DNA of 32,000 bases from contig NZ_LN831024.1 in the NCBI RefSeq assembly GCF_001457615.1, positions 1,560,001-1,592,000 on the forward strand. The letters run 5' to 3'. The DNA comes from Pseudomonas aeruginosa. GTDB lineage: Bacteria; Pseudomonadota; Gammaproteobacteria; Pseudomonadales; Pseudomonadaceae. Shown here piece by piece: positions 17,857 to 27,919 of the stretch. The notes under the pieces were generated by a model. It was not told where the DNA came from, did not search any database, and was given only the letters and a program-made list of their open reading frames with translations. The first letter of the stretch is position 1; every line of letters begins with the position of its first letter. Both the position numbers and the translations under genes were made by a program.

Positions 17857-18813
17857 ATGACTCACGACAACAGACTGGCGGCCTTCGTCCATACCCTGCG
17901 CTTCGAGGCGCAGGGTATCCTCGGCGTCGAACTGCGCCCGCAGGGCGACCAGGTCTTTCCGCCATTCAGCGCCGGCGCGCATATCGACCTGCACCTGCCC
18001 AACGGCCTGGTGCGCAGCTACTCGCTGCTCAACTCGCCGGAGGACTGCGGCCGCTATGTGCTCGGCATCCTGCGTGATCGCGGCAGCCGCGGCGGCTCCG
18101 CGTTCGTCCACGATAGCCTGCGGGTCGGCATGCAATTGCAGATATCCCGGCCGCGCAACCTGTTCCCGCTGGAGGAAAACGCTGCGCACAGCGTACTGGT
18201 GGCCGGTGGCATCGGCGTGACGCCGATCTACTGCATGTTCAACCGCCTGCGTGCGCTGGGACGTTCGGTGGAACTGCTCTACTGCGCGCGCTCGCGCCAG
18301 GAAGCCGCCTTCGTCGAAGAACTGGCCGCCAGCGATGCCGCTATCCAGCTGCATTTCGACGACGAGAAGGGCGGCCCCATGGATCTCGGCGCCTTCCTTG
18401 GCGCACGGGCGTCCACCGCGCATTTCTACTGTTGCGGGCCGACCCCGATGATCGATGCCTTCGAGACGCACTGCGAACGCCTTGGCCATCCGCATGTGCA
18501 CATCGAGCGCTTCGCCGCCGCGCCCCAGGCCCCGGCGGCGCCCCAGGGCAGCTACGAAGTGCGCCTGGCGCGCAGCGGCACGAGCATCGAGGTGCCGAGC
18601 GGCAAGTCGTTGCTCGACGCCCTGCTGGAAGCTGGCGTGGTGGTCGATTGCAGTTGCCGCGAGGGCGTTTGCGGTTCCTGCGAGACCCGTGTGCTGGAAG
18701 GCGAGCCGGAGCATCGCGACGGCGTCCTGACCAAGGCGGAAAAGATCGCCAACCAGACCATGATGGTCTGCGTGTCCGGCTGCAAGGGATCGCGCCTGGT
18801 GCTCGACCTCTGA
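17857..18813 (+). CDS. Oxygenase reductase, VanB/phthalate-dioxygenase-reductase type (FNR-like domains plus C-terminal plant-type 2Fe-2S)
   Basis: RSYSLLNSP, VAGGIGVTPIYCMF, YCCGPTPMI, ferredoxin motif CSCREGVCGSCETRVL...CVSGC. Confidence 0.93.
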   Translation: MTHDNRLAAFVHTLRFEAQGILGVELRPQGDQVFPPFSAGAHIDLHLPNGLVRSYSLLNSPEDCGRYVLGILRDRGSRGGSAFVHDSLRVGMQLQISRPRNLFPLEENAAHSVLVAGGIGVTPIYCMFNRLRALGRSVELLYCARSRQEAAFVEELAASDAAIQLHFDDEKGGPMDLGAFLGARASTAHFYCCGPTPMIDAFETHCERLGHPHVHIERFAAAPQAPAAPQGSYEVRLARSGTSIEVPSGKSLLDALLEAGVVVDCSCREGVCGSCETRVLEGEPEHRDGVLTKAEKIANQTMMVCVSGCKGSRLVLDL

Positions 18814-18841
18814 TCCCCGGTTATTCCCGCGTTGCCTTTGG

Positions 18842-18869
18842 ACCGGCGTTTGTAACGCCGGTTTTTTTT
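18842..18869 (+). terminator. Intrinsic terminator of the 17-gene operon
   Basis: ACCGGCGTT-TGT-AACGCCGGT perfect 9-bp stem, with T8 run at 18862-18869. Confidence 0.93.
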
Positions 18870-19009
18870 GCCTGGGGATCGAGCCCGGCCAAGGCTGGAA
18901 TAGCGTTCCGGGGGGACGAAAAGTGTCACCGTGATCTTTCTACGCACCCGCTTCGGGCGTTTTCGTTACCTTGCCAAGAGCCTGTTTCGAGGGTGAAAAG
19001 AAGTTGCGC

Positions 19010-19024
19010 GTTTAATATATAAAC
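19010..19024 (+). promoter_or_regulatory. Palindromic element resembling the operon operator, upstream of porin
   Basis: GTTTAATATATAAAC; 13 of its 15 positions match GTTTCATATATAAAAC at 4352-4367. Confidence 0.45.
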
Positions 19025-19281
19025 AACTGTATTTAAAGGATTTTTTTGTTTTATGAGATTGTTCTTGCACTGGCATGGTTAATGCTCGAAACGTTGTGCC
19101 GCATATGAAACGAAGTGCGGAGCGATAACACAACCGAGGCCGTTCCGACGGCCGGGAAAAATAAAAAACAAGAGCAACCGGAAACCAACTATCCAAGGCC
19201 ACCCGCGCTGTCGGCGAAGTTCGCCGAAGGGGTTCGGCTTGCTCGAAAAAACGCTGCCTTGGCGCACTCGCAGACGAGGTC

Positions 19282-20502
19282 ATGATGAAAACCCATCCGC
19301 TGTTCCCCGTACTTCTTCTTTCCAGTCTTTCGGCCCTGGCCGCTTCGCCGCCGTCCGAGGCGTCGAAGACCGGCAAGCCTTTCCCGCATGTCGGCCTGCG
19401 CAGCGACGACGGGCGCAGCAGCCTGGATATCGGCGGCGCGCTGCGGGTGAACTACCGCGACGAACACTGGAAGAGCACGGAAAACAATGGCCGCCTACTG
19501 TTCGATACCTTCCGCCTGGATATCCAGGCAACCCACGAGGACTTCTTTTCCGACCTCGGCTACTGGTTCCAGGACGACGGCAAGCGGGCCATCGACCGCG
19601 GCTTCGTCGGCTATCGCTTCAGCGACCTATCCAGCCTGCAATTGGGCGCGCCGTTCAAGCCGTTCGGCCTGGAGCCCTATCCGCAGTTCGGCTGGAGCTA
19701 CCACATCCCGTTCTTCCTGGGCTACGGGGTCAGCGCCGGCAGCGGCGCCAAGTACGTCTACAAGGACGCCGACTGGCATGTCCAGGCCGGCTATTTCCCA
19801 CGGATGCTGCCGGGCGGTGTGCGCTATTCGCCGGAAGTCGGCCGTTATACCGACCTGGACGACAACGCGGTCGCGGCGATTCATTCGCGGCAGGACAACG
19901 AGAAACGTGACCAGCTCAACCTGCGGGTCGCCCGTAATCTCGCCGGAGATGGCTGGAAAAGCGAGTTGGGCGCGTCGCTGGCGGCCTCGCGCCTGTACAA
20001 CGCGACCACCAGGGACGATGGCCGCTACTGGGCGGCGGGGTTGCATGGCGTGCTCAACGCCGGCAACTGGACGTTCAGCGGCGAAGCCATTCGCTACGCT
20101 TTCGATCCGAAGAACCCGGCGGGCGTCAGCGACGACGTGGTACTCATGGGTACCAACGGCCTGACCCCGGCCTACCTGATGGCCGCCAGGGCCTCGGTGG
20201 CGTCCTTCAACGTCGCCTACGACGTGCCGACGCCGAACCTGGGCATGCTGAAGAAGCTGCGCTTCTACAACGACTACAGCCGCATGTTCAAGGACAAGGC
20301 CGGCTGGGACGACTCGCAGATGTATACCGCAGGGGTGCAGTTCTTCGCCTTGCCGATCATGGGCTGGCTGGACTTCACCTGGGGACGCAACGCCAATCCC
20401 TACGGCGGTGCCGAGAGCGGCACGGGCTTCAGCAGCACCAGTTCGTCGCGCAGCAACGAGTGGATATTCCGCACCAACCTGAACATCGGCTACTACTTCT
20501 GA
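19282..20502 (+). CDS. Outer-membrane porin-like beta-barrel protein (phosphate-selective porin O/P-like, PA3497-like)
   Basis: Signal peptide MMKTHPLFPVLLLSSLSALAA, alternating amphipathic strands, terminal FRTNLNIGYYF with C-terminal Phe. Confidence 0.85.
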   Translation: MMKTHPLFPVLLLSSLSALAASPPSEASKTGKPFPHVGLRSDDGRSSLDIGGALRVNYRDEHWKSTENNGRLLFDTFRLDIQATHEDFFSDLGYWFQDDGKRAIDRGFVGYRFSDLSSLQLGAPFKPFGLEPYPQFGWSYHIPFFLGYGVSAGSGAKYVYKDADWHVQAGYFPRMLPGGVRYSPEVGRYTDLDDNAVAAIHSRQDNEKRDQLNLRVARNLAGDGWKSELGASLAASRLYNATTRDDGRYWAAGLHGVLNAGNWTFSGEAIRYAFDPKNPAGVSDDVVLMGTNGLTPAYLMAARASVASFNVAYDVPTPNLGMLKKLRFYNDYSRMFKDKAGWDDSQMYTAGVQFFALPIMGWLDFTWGRNANPYGGAESGTGFSSTSSSRSNEWIFRTNLNIGYYF

Positions 20503-20509
20503 ACGGCGG

Positions 20510-20540
20510 AAAAAACGAAGCCCCGCCAATTGCGGGGCTT
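20510..20540 (-). terminator. Intrinsic terminator for the minus-strand small gene, possibly bidirectional
   Basis: AAGCCCCGC-CAATT-GCGGGGCTT 9-bp stem (20518-20540) with A6 at 20510-20515, a U-tract on the minus strand. Confidence 0.8.
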
Positions 20541-20563
20541 GCTTGCGGTGTGGACGGCGCTGC

Positions 20564-20743
20564 TCACAGGTCGAAGTCGTAGTCCGACAACTGGCGCTGC
20601 AGGCGGCGTTCTTCCAGCAGGTTGTCGATGATGCGACGCTTGGTCAGGTTGGTCTTGGCCACCTCGACGCTGGTTTCCTCGCCGTCATCCTCTTCAACGC
20701 CGGCTTCGTCGTCGATCTCGAGTTCTTCTTTGGCTTTTGCCAT
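20564..20743 (-). CDS. PA3496-family small acidic protein (putative envelope integrity protein)
   Basis: MAKAKEELEIDDEAGVEEDDGEETSVEVAKTNLTKRRIIDNLLEERRLQRQLSDYDFDL; alternative start at 20752. Confidence 0.85.
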   Translation of the reverse strand: MAKAKEELEIDDEAGVEEDDGEETSVEVAKTNLTKRRIIDNLLEERRLQRQLSDYDFDL

Positions 20744-20780
20744 GACATTCACTCCAACTTATGGGGTGGTAATGGCGCAC

Positions 20781-20809
20781 CTTATAGCGACAAAGCCGTG
20801 GCTGGTAAA
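20781..20809 (-). promoter_or_regulatory. Candidate sigma70 promoter for the PA3496-like gene
   Basis: Minus-strand TTTACC, 17-bp spacer, TATAAG, in the 5' intergenic region. Confidence 0.45.
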
Positions 20810-20851
20810 AAAGATTTTTTCAATCGTAAAGATAGGATTTCGAATAGTTGA

Positions 20852-21490
20852 TCAATCGTCTGAAGTCTTGTGCTTGTATTCGCACAGGTCCTCGATCCGG
20901 CAGCTTCCGCATTGCGGCTTGCGCGCCTTGCAGACGTAGCGGCCATGCAGGATCAGCCAGTGGTGGGCATCGAGCAGGTACTCGCGCGGCACGAACTTCA
21001 GCAGTTTCTTCTCCACCTCCAGAACGTTCTTTCCCGGTGCTATGCCGGTGCGGTTGGCGACGCGGAAGATATGCGTGTCCACCGCCATGGCCAGTTGCCG
21101 GAAGGCGGTGTTGAGCACCACGTTGGCGGTCTTGCGGCCAACCCCGGGCAGGGCTTCGAGGTCCTCGCGGTTGTCGGGGACCTGGCCGCCGTGCTTTTCG
21201 ATGAGGATGCGGCAGGTTTCGATGACGTTCTTCGCCTTGCTGTTGTAGAGGCCGATGGTCTTGATGTACTCCGACAGCCCCTCGACGCCGAGGGCGTGGA
21301 TCGCCTCGGGGGTGTTGGCCACCGGATAGAGGCGGGCGGTGGCCTTGTTCACCCCGACGTCGGTGGCCTGGGCGGAGAGGATCACCGCGATGAGCAGTTC
21401 GAAGGGGGTGGTGTAGGCCAGTTCGGTCCTTGGCTCGGGGTTGTCTTCGTGCAGTCGGCGGAAGATCTCCGCGCGCTTGGCGGCATTCAT
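20852..21490 (-). CDS. nth: Endonuclease III
   Basis: [17 protein letters not shown] Hh[16 protein letters not shown]-terminal 4Fe-4[18 protein letters not shown]. Confidence 0.98.
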   Translation of the reverse strand: MNAAKRAEIFRRLHEDNPEPRTELAYTTPFELLIAVILSAQATDVGVNKATARLYPVANTPEAIHALGVEGLSEYIKTIGLYNSKAKNVIETCRILIEKHGGQVPDNREDLEALPGVGRKTANVVLNTAFRQLAMAVDTHIFRVANRTGIAPGKNVLEVEKKLLKFVPREYLLDAHHWLILHGRYVCKARKPQCGSCRIEDLCEYKHKTSDD

Positions 21491-22203
21491 TCAATCACTC
21501 CGGTGACGCGGACGCGCTGGCGCTGGGTGGCGGGTACGTCGCCCGCCTGCACCTTGGCGCGTTCCGCCAGGCTTTCATCGATACGGTTCTTCAGGGCGAT
21601 CAGCAGGCCGAGCATGATGAACGCGCCCGGCGGCAGGATCGCCAGCAGGAAGCCCTGGTACTGCGGGAACGGCTGGATCTTCCAGTCCGCCGCCGCCGGG
21701 CCGAACAGCAAGTGCATGTCGGCCAGCAGGGTACCCTGGCCGAGCAGCTCGCGCAGGCCGCCGAGGACCAGCAGGACCAGGGCGAAGCCGAGGCCCATCA
21801 GCAGTCCGTCGAAGCTGGCGCGCAGCACGCCGTTCTTCGCCGCGAAGGCCTCGGCGCGGCCGAGGATCACGCAGTTGGTGGTGATCAGCGGGATGAAGAT
21901 GCCGAGGACCTGGTACAGCTCGTAGGTCCAGGCCTGCATCAGCAGTTCGATGCAGGTGGTCAGCACGGCGATGATCATGACGAACGCCGGTAGCCGGATC
22001 GCCTCGCTCACCGCGCCGCGCACCAACGATACCGCGGCATTGGAGCAGGCCAGCACGAGCATGGTGGCCAGGCCCAGGCCGAGGGCGTTGACCGTCGAGT
22101 TGCTGGTGCCCAGCAGCGGGCACAGGCCGAGCAACTGGACCAGGCCCGGGTTGTTGCGCCACAGGCCGTTGCGGGCGATCTCGCGGAAATCTTGTTCACT
22201 CAT
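21487..22203 (-). CDS. rsxE: Electron transport complex subunit RnfE/RsxE
   Basis: [33 protein letters not shown]; in order between rnfG and nth. Confidence 0.97.
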   Translation of the reverse strand: MSEQDFREIARNGLWRNNPGLVQLLGLCPLLGTSNSTVNALGLGLATMLVLACSNAAVSLVRGAVSEAIRLPAFVMIIAVLTTCIELLMQAWTYELYQVLGIFIPLITTNCVILGRAEAFAAKNGVLRASFDGLLMGLGFALVLLVLGGLRELLGQGTLLADMHLLFGPAAADWKIQPFPQYQGFLLAILPPGAFIMLGLLIALKNRIDESLAERAKVQAGDVPATQRQRVRVTGVIE

Positions 22204-22840
22204 GTCCGGCAGCCTCTTCGGGGGCGAGCAGGCGTTCGCGGTTGGCGTCGAAGTAGCGCAGCGCCTTGTGCACGGCGCGGACCACGGCGCGCGGGGTGAC
22301 GGTGGCGCCGGCGAACTGGTCGAACGTACCGCCGTCCTTCTTCACCGCCCAGCCGGCGTCCGCCGGATCGCCCAGGCCCTTGCCGTCGAAACCGTGCACC
22401 CAGGGACTCTTGGCCAGTTCGATGCGGTCGCCGAGGCCGGGGGTTTCCTTGTGCGCGACGACCCGCACGCCGAGCAGCCGGCCCTGGGCGGTGACCCCGA
22501 CCAGTAGCTGGATGGCGCCGCTGTAGCCATCCGGCGCGCTGGCCTGGAGGATGACTGCGCTGGCCTGGCCGTGCAGGCGGGCGACATAGGCCGGACGCGG
22601 CGCATCCAGGCCGAGCAGCTTCGGCGCGAAGGTTGGCACCTGGCTGTCCAGCGGATGGTTGTCGTAGCTGCCCGGCGGCAGCAGTTCCAGCAGGGCGCGG
22701 CCGCGCGCCTCGCGCTGGGCTTCGGCGATGCGCGCCTCTGTGAATTGCTGCACCAGGGCCACCAGGCCCACCCCGACCAGGGCGAAGAGCCCGAGCAGGA
22801 GGGCGTTGCGCAGCATCGAGCGGCGAGTCGCGGCGTCCAT
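22196..22840 (-). CDS. rsxG: Electron transport complex subunit RnfG/RsxG
   Basis: [25 protein letters not shown] flavinylation-type motif; ATG at 22840. Confidence 0.95.
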   Translation of the reverse strand: MDAATRRSMLRNALLLGLFALVGVGLVALVQQFTEARIAEAQREARGRALLELLPPGSYDNHPLDSQVPTFAPKLLGLDAPRPAYVARLHGQASAVILQASAPDGYSGAIQLLVGVTAQGRLLGVRVVAHKETPGLGDRIELAKSPWVHGFDGKGLGDPADAGWAVKKDGGTFDQFAGATVTPRAVVRAVHKALRYFDANRERLLAPEEAAGHE

Positions 22841-23874
22841 CAGTCGCCTGCCTTGAAGCCGCGCTCGGCCTTGCGATGGCCGTAGGTGCGCGGCCGGGTG
22901 TAGTAGTCGATGGTCGGCGCCGCCAGGTTCATCAGCAGCACGGCGAACGCCACGCCATCGGGATAGCCGCCCCAGGCGCGGATGACGTAGGTGAGGACGC
23001 CGACGCCGAGGCCGAAGACCAGCCGCCCGCGATTGCTGGTGGCGCCGGACACCGGGTCGGTGACGATGAAGAAGGCGCCGAGCATGGTCGCCCCGCTGAA
23101 CAGATGGAACAGTGGCGAGCCATGGGAATCGGAGCCGGAACCATTCCAGAACAGCAGGCTCATGGCGAACAGGCCGGCGAGCATGCCCAGCGGCGCGTGC
23201 CAGGTGAACAGCCGGCGCCAGAGCAGGAACAGGCCGCCGAGGAGGAACGCCAGGTTGACCCACTCGCTGCCGGCGCTACCGAGGTGGCCGAAGGCCGGGT
23301 TGCCGGCGAACAGCTCGTCGACGGTCAGGCTGCGGTCGGTCTTCAGCACGTCGAGGGCGGTGGCGTGGGCCCAGGCGTCCGGCCGGGTAGCGAGACCGAG
23401 GAATTCGCGGAGGCTGTCGGGCAGGCCGAGGGCGCTGTCCGGCGAGGGCCAGCGGGTCATTTCCAGGGGAAACGAGACCAGCGCCACGACGTAGCCGAGC
23501 ATCGCCGGGTTGAACGGGTTCTGTCCGAGGCCGCCGTACAGGTGCTTGCCGAATACCAGGGCGAAGAAGGTCGCCACCAGGGTCAGCCACCAGGGGGCGT
23601 AGGGCGGCAGGGCGACGGCCAGCAACAGGGCGGTGACCAGCGCGCTGCCGTCCTTGAGGAACACCCCCGGCGGACGTTTGCGCAGGGCCAGCATGGCGGC
23701 TTCGCAGGCCAGCGCGACGAGGCTGGCCCAGGCCAGGTTGAGCAGGGTGCCCGGGCCGTACAGCCAGGTCAGCGTCAGCAGGCCGGGGACGCAGGCGCCG
23801 AGCACCAGGCGCATGATCGCCGGGGTACGGTTGGAGCCGCGGGCGTGGGGCGAGGTGGGGCGGGGCAGGGCCAT
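22840..23874 (-). CDS. rsxD: Electron transport complex subunit RnfD/RsxD
   Basis: [48 protein letters not shown]; 344 aa. Confidence 0.96.
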   Translation of the reverse strand: MALPRPTSPHARGSNRTPAIMRLVLGACVPGLLTLTWLYGPGTLLNLAWASLVALACEAAMLALRKRPPGVFLKDGSALVTALLLAVALPPYAPWWLTLVATFFALVFGKHLYGGLGQNPFNPAMLGYVVALVSFPLEMTRWPSPDSALGLPDSLREFLGLATRPDAWAHATALDVLKTDRSLTVDELFAGNPAFGHLGSAGSEWVNLAFLLGGLFLLWRRLFTWHAPLGMLAGLFAMSLLFWNGSGSDSHGSPLFHLFSGATMLGAFFIVTDPVSGATSNRGRLVFGLGVGVLTYVIRAWGGYPDGVAFAVLLMNLAAPTIDYYTRPRTYGHRKAERGFKAGD

Positions 23875-23876
23875 GG

Positions 23877-26201
23877 TCACTCCGTGCCGTGTTCGGTCAG
23901 GGCGCGCTCGGCGGCGCTCAGGCGCGCGCGGGCGGCGGCGAGTGCGGCGGCGTCGGCGTTCGCCAGGCGTTCGAGCTTCTTCAGGGCGGCGCGGGCGTAG
24001 GCCAGCTCGGTCTTCAGCTCGCGGATGCGCGGGTCGACCGGGCGCTTGTCGATCCGCACCAGCTCCGGCGCCGGCTTGCCGCAGGCGTCCTCGGCGGCAT
24101 GCAGGTCGCGCTCGGCGGCTTGCAGCTCGCCGCGCAGGCGTTCCAGCTCGCTGTCCATCACCCCGGCCTGCTCGGCCTTCTTCAAGGCCGCGCGCTTGCC
24201 GACCAGGGCGATCTTCGCCCGCTTCAGCGCCGCCTGGCCGTCGTCGCCGGGCGCCGCGGGCTTCGGCGCGTGACGCTCGAGGCGGGCCAGGGTGGCTTCG
24301 CAACGCTCGACCTCGGCGCGCAGTTCGTCGAGGGTCGCCCGCTGCTCGGCGCCGGGCGCTTCGCCGAACGCCTTTTCCGAGCGCTTGAGCTGGGCGCGGG
24401 CCATGGCGGCCTGGGCCTTGGCCTTCTTCAGTTCGGCTTCGTCGTCGAGCGCGGCAGGCGGTGCGCTGGGTAGGTCGCGCGGCAGGCTGGCTTCGGCATC
24501 GGCCAGGGCCTTGTCGGCGGCCTCGGCGGCGGCGCGCAGTTCCGCGACCAGGCCATGCTGTTCCGGGGTGTCGTGGCTGAGCAACTGTTTCTCGGCCTTC
24601 TTCAGGGCCACCCGCGCCATGCTCGCTTCGATCTTCAGCCGTTTCAGCCGTTCGCTGCCGCTACCGGCCTGCTTGCGCGCCCTGGCCCGCTCGATCGCCG
24701 CCTGCACCGGGTCGACCGCCGTGGCGGGGGCGGCTTCCTCGCGCTCGGCCTGGGCGGCGCGCGCCAGCGCAGCCTTCTCCGCGCGTTGGGCGCGTTCTGC
24801 GGCCCGGCGCTCCTCGTCGCGGCGCAGGCGAGCCTGGCGTTGCTCGAAACGCTCACGGGATTGTTCGGCCTTCAGCAACTTCTGCCGCTGCTCGCGGATC
24901 TCCGCCTTGGACGCGCGGTAGTACTGCACCAGGGGAATGCTCGACGGGCAGACGTAGGCGCAGGCGCCGCACTCGATGCAATCGAACAGGTTGTGGGCGA
25001 GCAATTGCTCGTGCTCGTCGCCCAGGGCGAAGAAATGCAGTTGTTGTGGCAGCAGGCTGACGGGGCAGACCTGGGCGCAGTCGCCGCAGCGGATACAGGG
25101 CATGGCCGGCACTGGTTCCGGCAGCTCCGTGGCATCGCCGGCGAGCAGGCAGTTGCAGGTCTTGATCAGCGGCACCGAGAGATCGGGCAGGGCGAAGCCC
25201 ATCATCGGCCCGCCCATCAGCACGCGTTCCAGGCGTCCCTCGGCGAGGCCGGCGAACGCCAGCAACTCGTGTACCGGCGTACCGATCAGCGCCTCGACGT
25301 TCATCGGCCGCTCCAGGGCGCCGCCGGCGAGGGTAGTGATCCGCGAGATCAGCGGCCGACCGAGGACGACGGCATCGTGCACGGCGGCCAGGGTGCCGAC
25401 GTTCTGGCACAGGATGCCGATGTCCGCCGGCAGGCCGTCCGCCGGGACTTCCCTGCCGGTGAGCAACTGGATCAGCTGGCGCTCGCCGCCCGAGGGATAG
25501 CGGGTCGGCAGGGCGACGATACGATAGGGCCGTTCACCGAGGGCGGCGCCGAGGGCGGCGATGGCTTCCGGTTTGTCGTCCTCGATGCCGACCAGCACCT
25601 CTTCGGGGCACAGGATCTGCACCAGGATATCGATGCCGCCCAGCACCTGCGTGGCGCGCTCGCGCATGAGCAGGTCGTCGGCGCTGATGTAGGGCTCGCA
25701 TTCGGCGCCGTTCACCACCAGCGTATGGATCTTGTCCGCCGGGCGCGCGGCGAGCTTGGCCGCGGTGGGGAAGCCGGCGCCGCCGAGACCGCCGATGCCG
25801 GCCGCGCGGATGCGTTCGAGCAACGCCAGCGGACTTTCGGCGCGGAAGTCCGGGCAGGGATGCAGCTCGGTCCAGCGCTCCAGGCCGTCGCTGGCGATGA
25901 CGATGGCCGGCGCGGGAAGACCGGAGGCATGCGGATAGGGGTGTGCGCCGATCGCCACCACGGTACCCGAGGTCGGGGCATGCAGCGCGGCGCTGACGGT
26001 GCCGTCCGGGAGGGCGATGGTCTGGCCCTTGAGTACGGCCTGGCCGACTTCCACGCAAGGCCGCGCCGGCGCGCCGATGTGCTGGCCGAGCGGCACGATG
26101 TAGCGCTGCGCCAGCGGCGCCTGCTGGATCGGCAGGGCGGTGGAGCGCTCCTTGTTGGCCGGCAGGCAGAGGCCGCCGGGGAAGGCGTGCAGGGCGCTCA
26201 T
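23877..26201 (-). CDS. rsxC: Electron transport complex subunit RnfC/RsxC with long Ala/Lys-rich C-terminal extension
   Basis: [33 protein letters not shown] and [13 protein letters not shown] 4Fe-4S motifs; 774 aa from ATG 26201. Confidence 0.97.
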   Translation of the reverse strand: MSALHAFPGGLCLPANKERSTALPIQQAPLAQRYIVPLGQHIGAPARPCVEVGQAVLKGQTIALPDGTVSAALHAPTSGTVVAIGAHPYPHASGLPAPAIVIASDGLERWTELHPCPDFRAESPLALLERIRAAGIGGLGGAGFPTAAKLAARPADKIHTLVVNGAECEPYISADDLLMRERATQVLGGIDILVQILCPEEVLVGIEDDKPEAIAALGAALGERPYRIVALPTRYPSGGERQLIQLLTGREVPADGLPADIGILCQNVGTLAAVHDAVVLGRPLISRITTLAGGALERPMNVEALIGTPVHELLAFAGLAEGRLERVLMGGPMMGFALPDLSVPLIKTCNCLLAGDATELPEPVPAMPCIRCGDCAQVCPVSLLPQQLHFFALGDEHEQLLAHNLFDCIECGACAYVCPSSIPLVQYYRASKAEIREQRQKLLKAEQSRERFEQRQARLRRDEERRAAERAQRAEKAALARAAQAEREEAAPATAVDPVQAAIERARARKQAGSGSERLKRLKIEASMARVALKKAEKQLLSHDTPEQHGLVAELRAAAEAADKALADAEASLPRDLPSAPPAALDDEAELKKAKAQAAMARAQLKRSEKAFGEAPGAEQRATLDELRAEVERCEATLARLERHAPKPAAPGDDGQAALKRAKIALVGKRAALKKAEQAGVMDSELERLRGELQAAERDLHAAEDACGKPAPELVRIDKRPVDPRIRELKTELAYARAALKKLERLANADAAALAAARARLSAAERALTEHGTE

Positions 26202-26764
26202 GCCGCTCGCTCCCGGTCGCTGGCGATCAGTCGCGGCGACGGCTGCGGCCATTTCCAGTGGCGCACGTCGTCCGGTATCTCGCGCATCTCGATGCAGTCC
26301 ACCGGACAGGGCTCCAGGCACAGGTCGCAACCGGTGCATTCGTCGGCGATCACCGTGTGCATCAACCGTGCGGCGCCGACGATGGCGTCCACCGGGCAGG
26401 CCTGGATGCACTTGGTGCAGCCGATGCATTCGGCCTCGCGGATGTAGGCTACCCGCGGCGGGGTTTCCTCGGCGGCGTCGAGCGGCTCGGGCTCCAGGTC
26501 GAGCAGGTCGGCGAGGGCGCGGATGGTCGCTTCGCCGCCCGGCGGGCACTTGTTGATCTTGTCGCCGGCGGCGATCGCCTCGGCGTAGGGCTTGCAGCCG
26601 GGGTAGCCACACTGGCCGCACTGGGTCTGCGGCAACAGGGCGTTGACCTGCTCGGCGACCGGATCGCCCTGGACGCGGAAGCGCACCGCCGCATAGCCGA
26701 GCAGCGCACCGCCGGCCAGGCAGATCGGCAGCAGCGCGCCGATCGCCAGGAACACGCCGTTCAT
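26198..26764 (-). CDS. rsxB: Electron transport complex subunit RnfB/RsxB
   Basis: [53 protein letters not shown]. Confidence 0.98.
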   Translation of the reverse strand: MNGVFLAIGALLPICLAGGALLGYAAVRFRVQGDPVAEQVNALLPQTQCGQCGYPGCKPYAEAIAAGDKINKCPPGGEATIRALADLLDLEPEPLDAAEETPPRVAYIREAECIGCTKCIQACPVDAIVGAARLMHTVIADECTGCDLCLEPCPVDCIEMREIPDDVRHWKWPQPSPRLIASDRERAA

Positions 26765-27345
26765 GGCCGGACCAACCCACTGAAGCCCATGAACGCCAGC
26801 GACATCAGGCCGGCGGTGATCATGCCGATGGCCGCGCCGCGGAACGGCGCCGGCACGTCGGCGATGGCGATGCGCTCGCGCAGGGCGGCGAACAGCACCA
26901 GCACCAGGGAAAAGCCCAGCCCGGCGCCGAAGCCCTGGGTAGTGGCCTGGAGGAAGCCGTATTCAGCCTTGTTGGCGTTGAGCAGGGCGACGCCGAGGAC
27001 GATGCAATTGGTGGTGATCAGCGGCAGGAAGATGCCGAGCACCCGGTACAGCAGCGGGCTGGTCTTCTTCACCAGCATCTCGGTGAACTGCACCACCACC
27101 GCGATCACCAGGATGAAGCCGATGGTGCGCAGGTACTCCAGGTCCAGTGGGCGCAGCACGTAGCGTTGCAGGATATGGCTGCACATCGCCGCCAGGGTCA
27201 GGACGAAGGTGGTGGCGAGGGACAGGCCGATGGCCGTCTCGATCTTCCGCGACACGCCCATGAACGGGCACAGGCCGAGGAACTGCACCAGGACAAAGTT
27301 GTTGACCAGGATGGCGCTGACCAGGATCAGGGCGAGTTCAGTCAT
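26761..27345 (-). CDS. rsxA: Electron transport complex subunit RnfA/RsxA
   Basis: [54 protein letters not shown]. Confidence 0.98.
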   Translation of the reverse strand: MTELALILVSAILVNNFVLVQFLGLCPFMGVSRKIETAIGLSLATTFVLTLAAMCSHILQRYVLRPLDLEYLRTIGFILVIAVVVQFTEMLVKKTSPLLYRVLGIFLPLITTNCIVLGVALLNANKAEYGFLQATTQGFGAGLGFSLVLVLFAALRERIAIADVPAPFRGAAIGMITAGLMSLAFMGFSGLVRP

Positions 27346-27442
27346 ACGCGAAGCATTCGTTGCAGGGCCGGGGCCGTCGGGGGAAATCCCCTATTATCGG
27401 GTGGGATTGCCCTGCAAGGCTAGCGCAAACACGTACGAAAGA

Positions 27443-27473
27443 CCGGGAGACGGACTGCCGTTGCGTCTCCCGG
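27443..27473 (-). terminator. Hairpin downstream of tsi3, candidate terminator
   Basis: CCGGGAGACG / CGTCTCCCGG perfect 10-bp stem, 11-nt loop; minus strand continues TCTTTCG. Confidence 0.6.
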
Positions 27474-27481
27474 GGTCGCGC

Positions 27482-27919
27482 TCACTGCAACCTGGCCCGC
27501 TCCAGCAGCGCCCAGGCCAGGGCGAAGGTCGGTTCACCATCCTCGCTCTGCTCGCTGGCGCTGACCACGATCCACCGCGCGCCCGCCGGCTTGGCTGCCC
27601 ACAGGCGGTATTCGCTGCCTGCGGAGCCGCCGTCGTCTTCCTCTACCTTGTAGCGCGCCTCGCCGTCGCCCAGGCGCCTGCTCGCCAGGTCGGGCGGGGG
27701 CGGCGCGTCCTGGCGCTGGACCTCCAGTTGGCGTGGGTTGCGCAGCTTGCCGCCTTCGTCGAAGCGGAAGCCCTCGGCGCTGCGCCGCGCGTCGAAGCCG
27801 ACGGGGCGCTCCACCACCAGGCCGTTCGGGTGGGTCAGGGTCTTGTCGAAGTCCACCCCGGACTCCGCGGTGCAGGCCAGCAGGGCGAGGCTGGCGAGAA
27901 TCAGGGCGACTGTCTTCAT
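27482..27919 (-). CDS. tsi3: T6SS immunity lipoprotein Tsi3 (PA3485-like)
   Basis: Lipobox signal MKTVALILASLALLAC; 145 aa; start overlaps the tse3 stop. Confidence 0.93.
   Translation of the reverse strand: MKTVALILASLALLACTAESGVDFDKTLTHPNGLVVERPVGFDARRSAEGFRFDEGGKLRNPRQLEVQRQDAPPPPDLASRRLGDGEARYKVEEDDGGSAGSEYRLWAAKPAGARWIVVSASEQSEDGEPTFALAWALLERARLQ

Noticed and set aside
19029-19044. Possible second operator copy 19 bp after the porin site
   Set aside because: GTATTTAAAGGATTTT matches the palindrome poorly and spacing-based alignment fails; at best a half-site.
20820-21494. Alternative minus-strand frame over nth
   Set aside because: Frame-shifted translation of nth; the 20852-21490 frame carries HhH and Fe-S motifs.
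22876-24000. 374-aa plus-strand ORF opposite rnfD/rnfC
   Set aside because: Antisense shadow of conserved membrane protein gene.
24555-26447. 630-aa plus-strand ORF opposite rnfC
   Set aside because: Antisense shadow of rnfC; low-complexity, charged translation with no family features.
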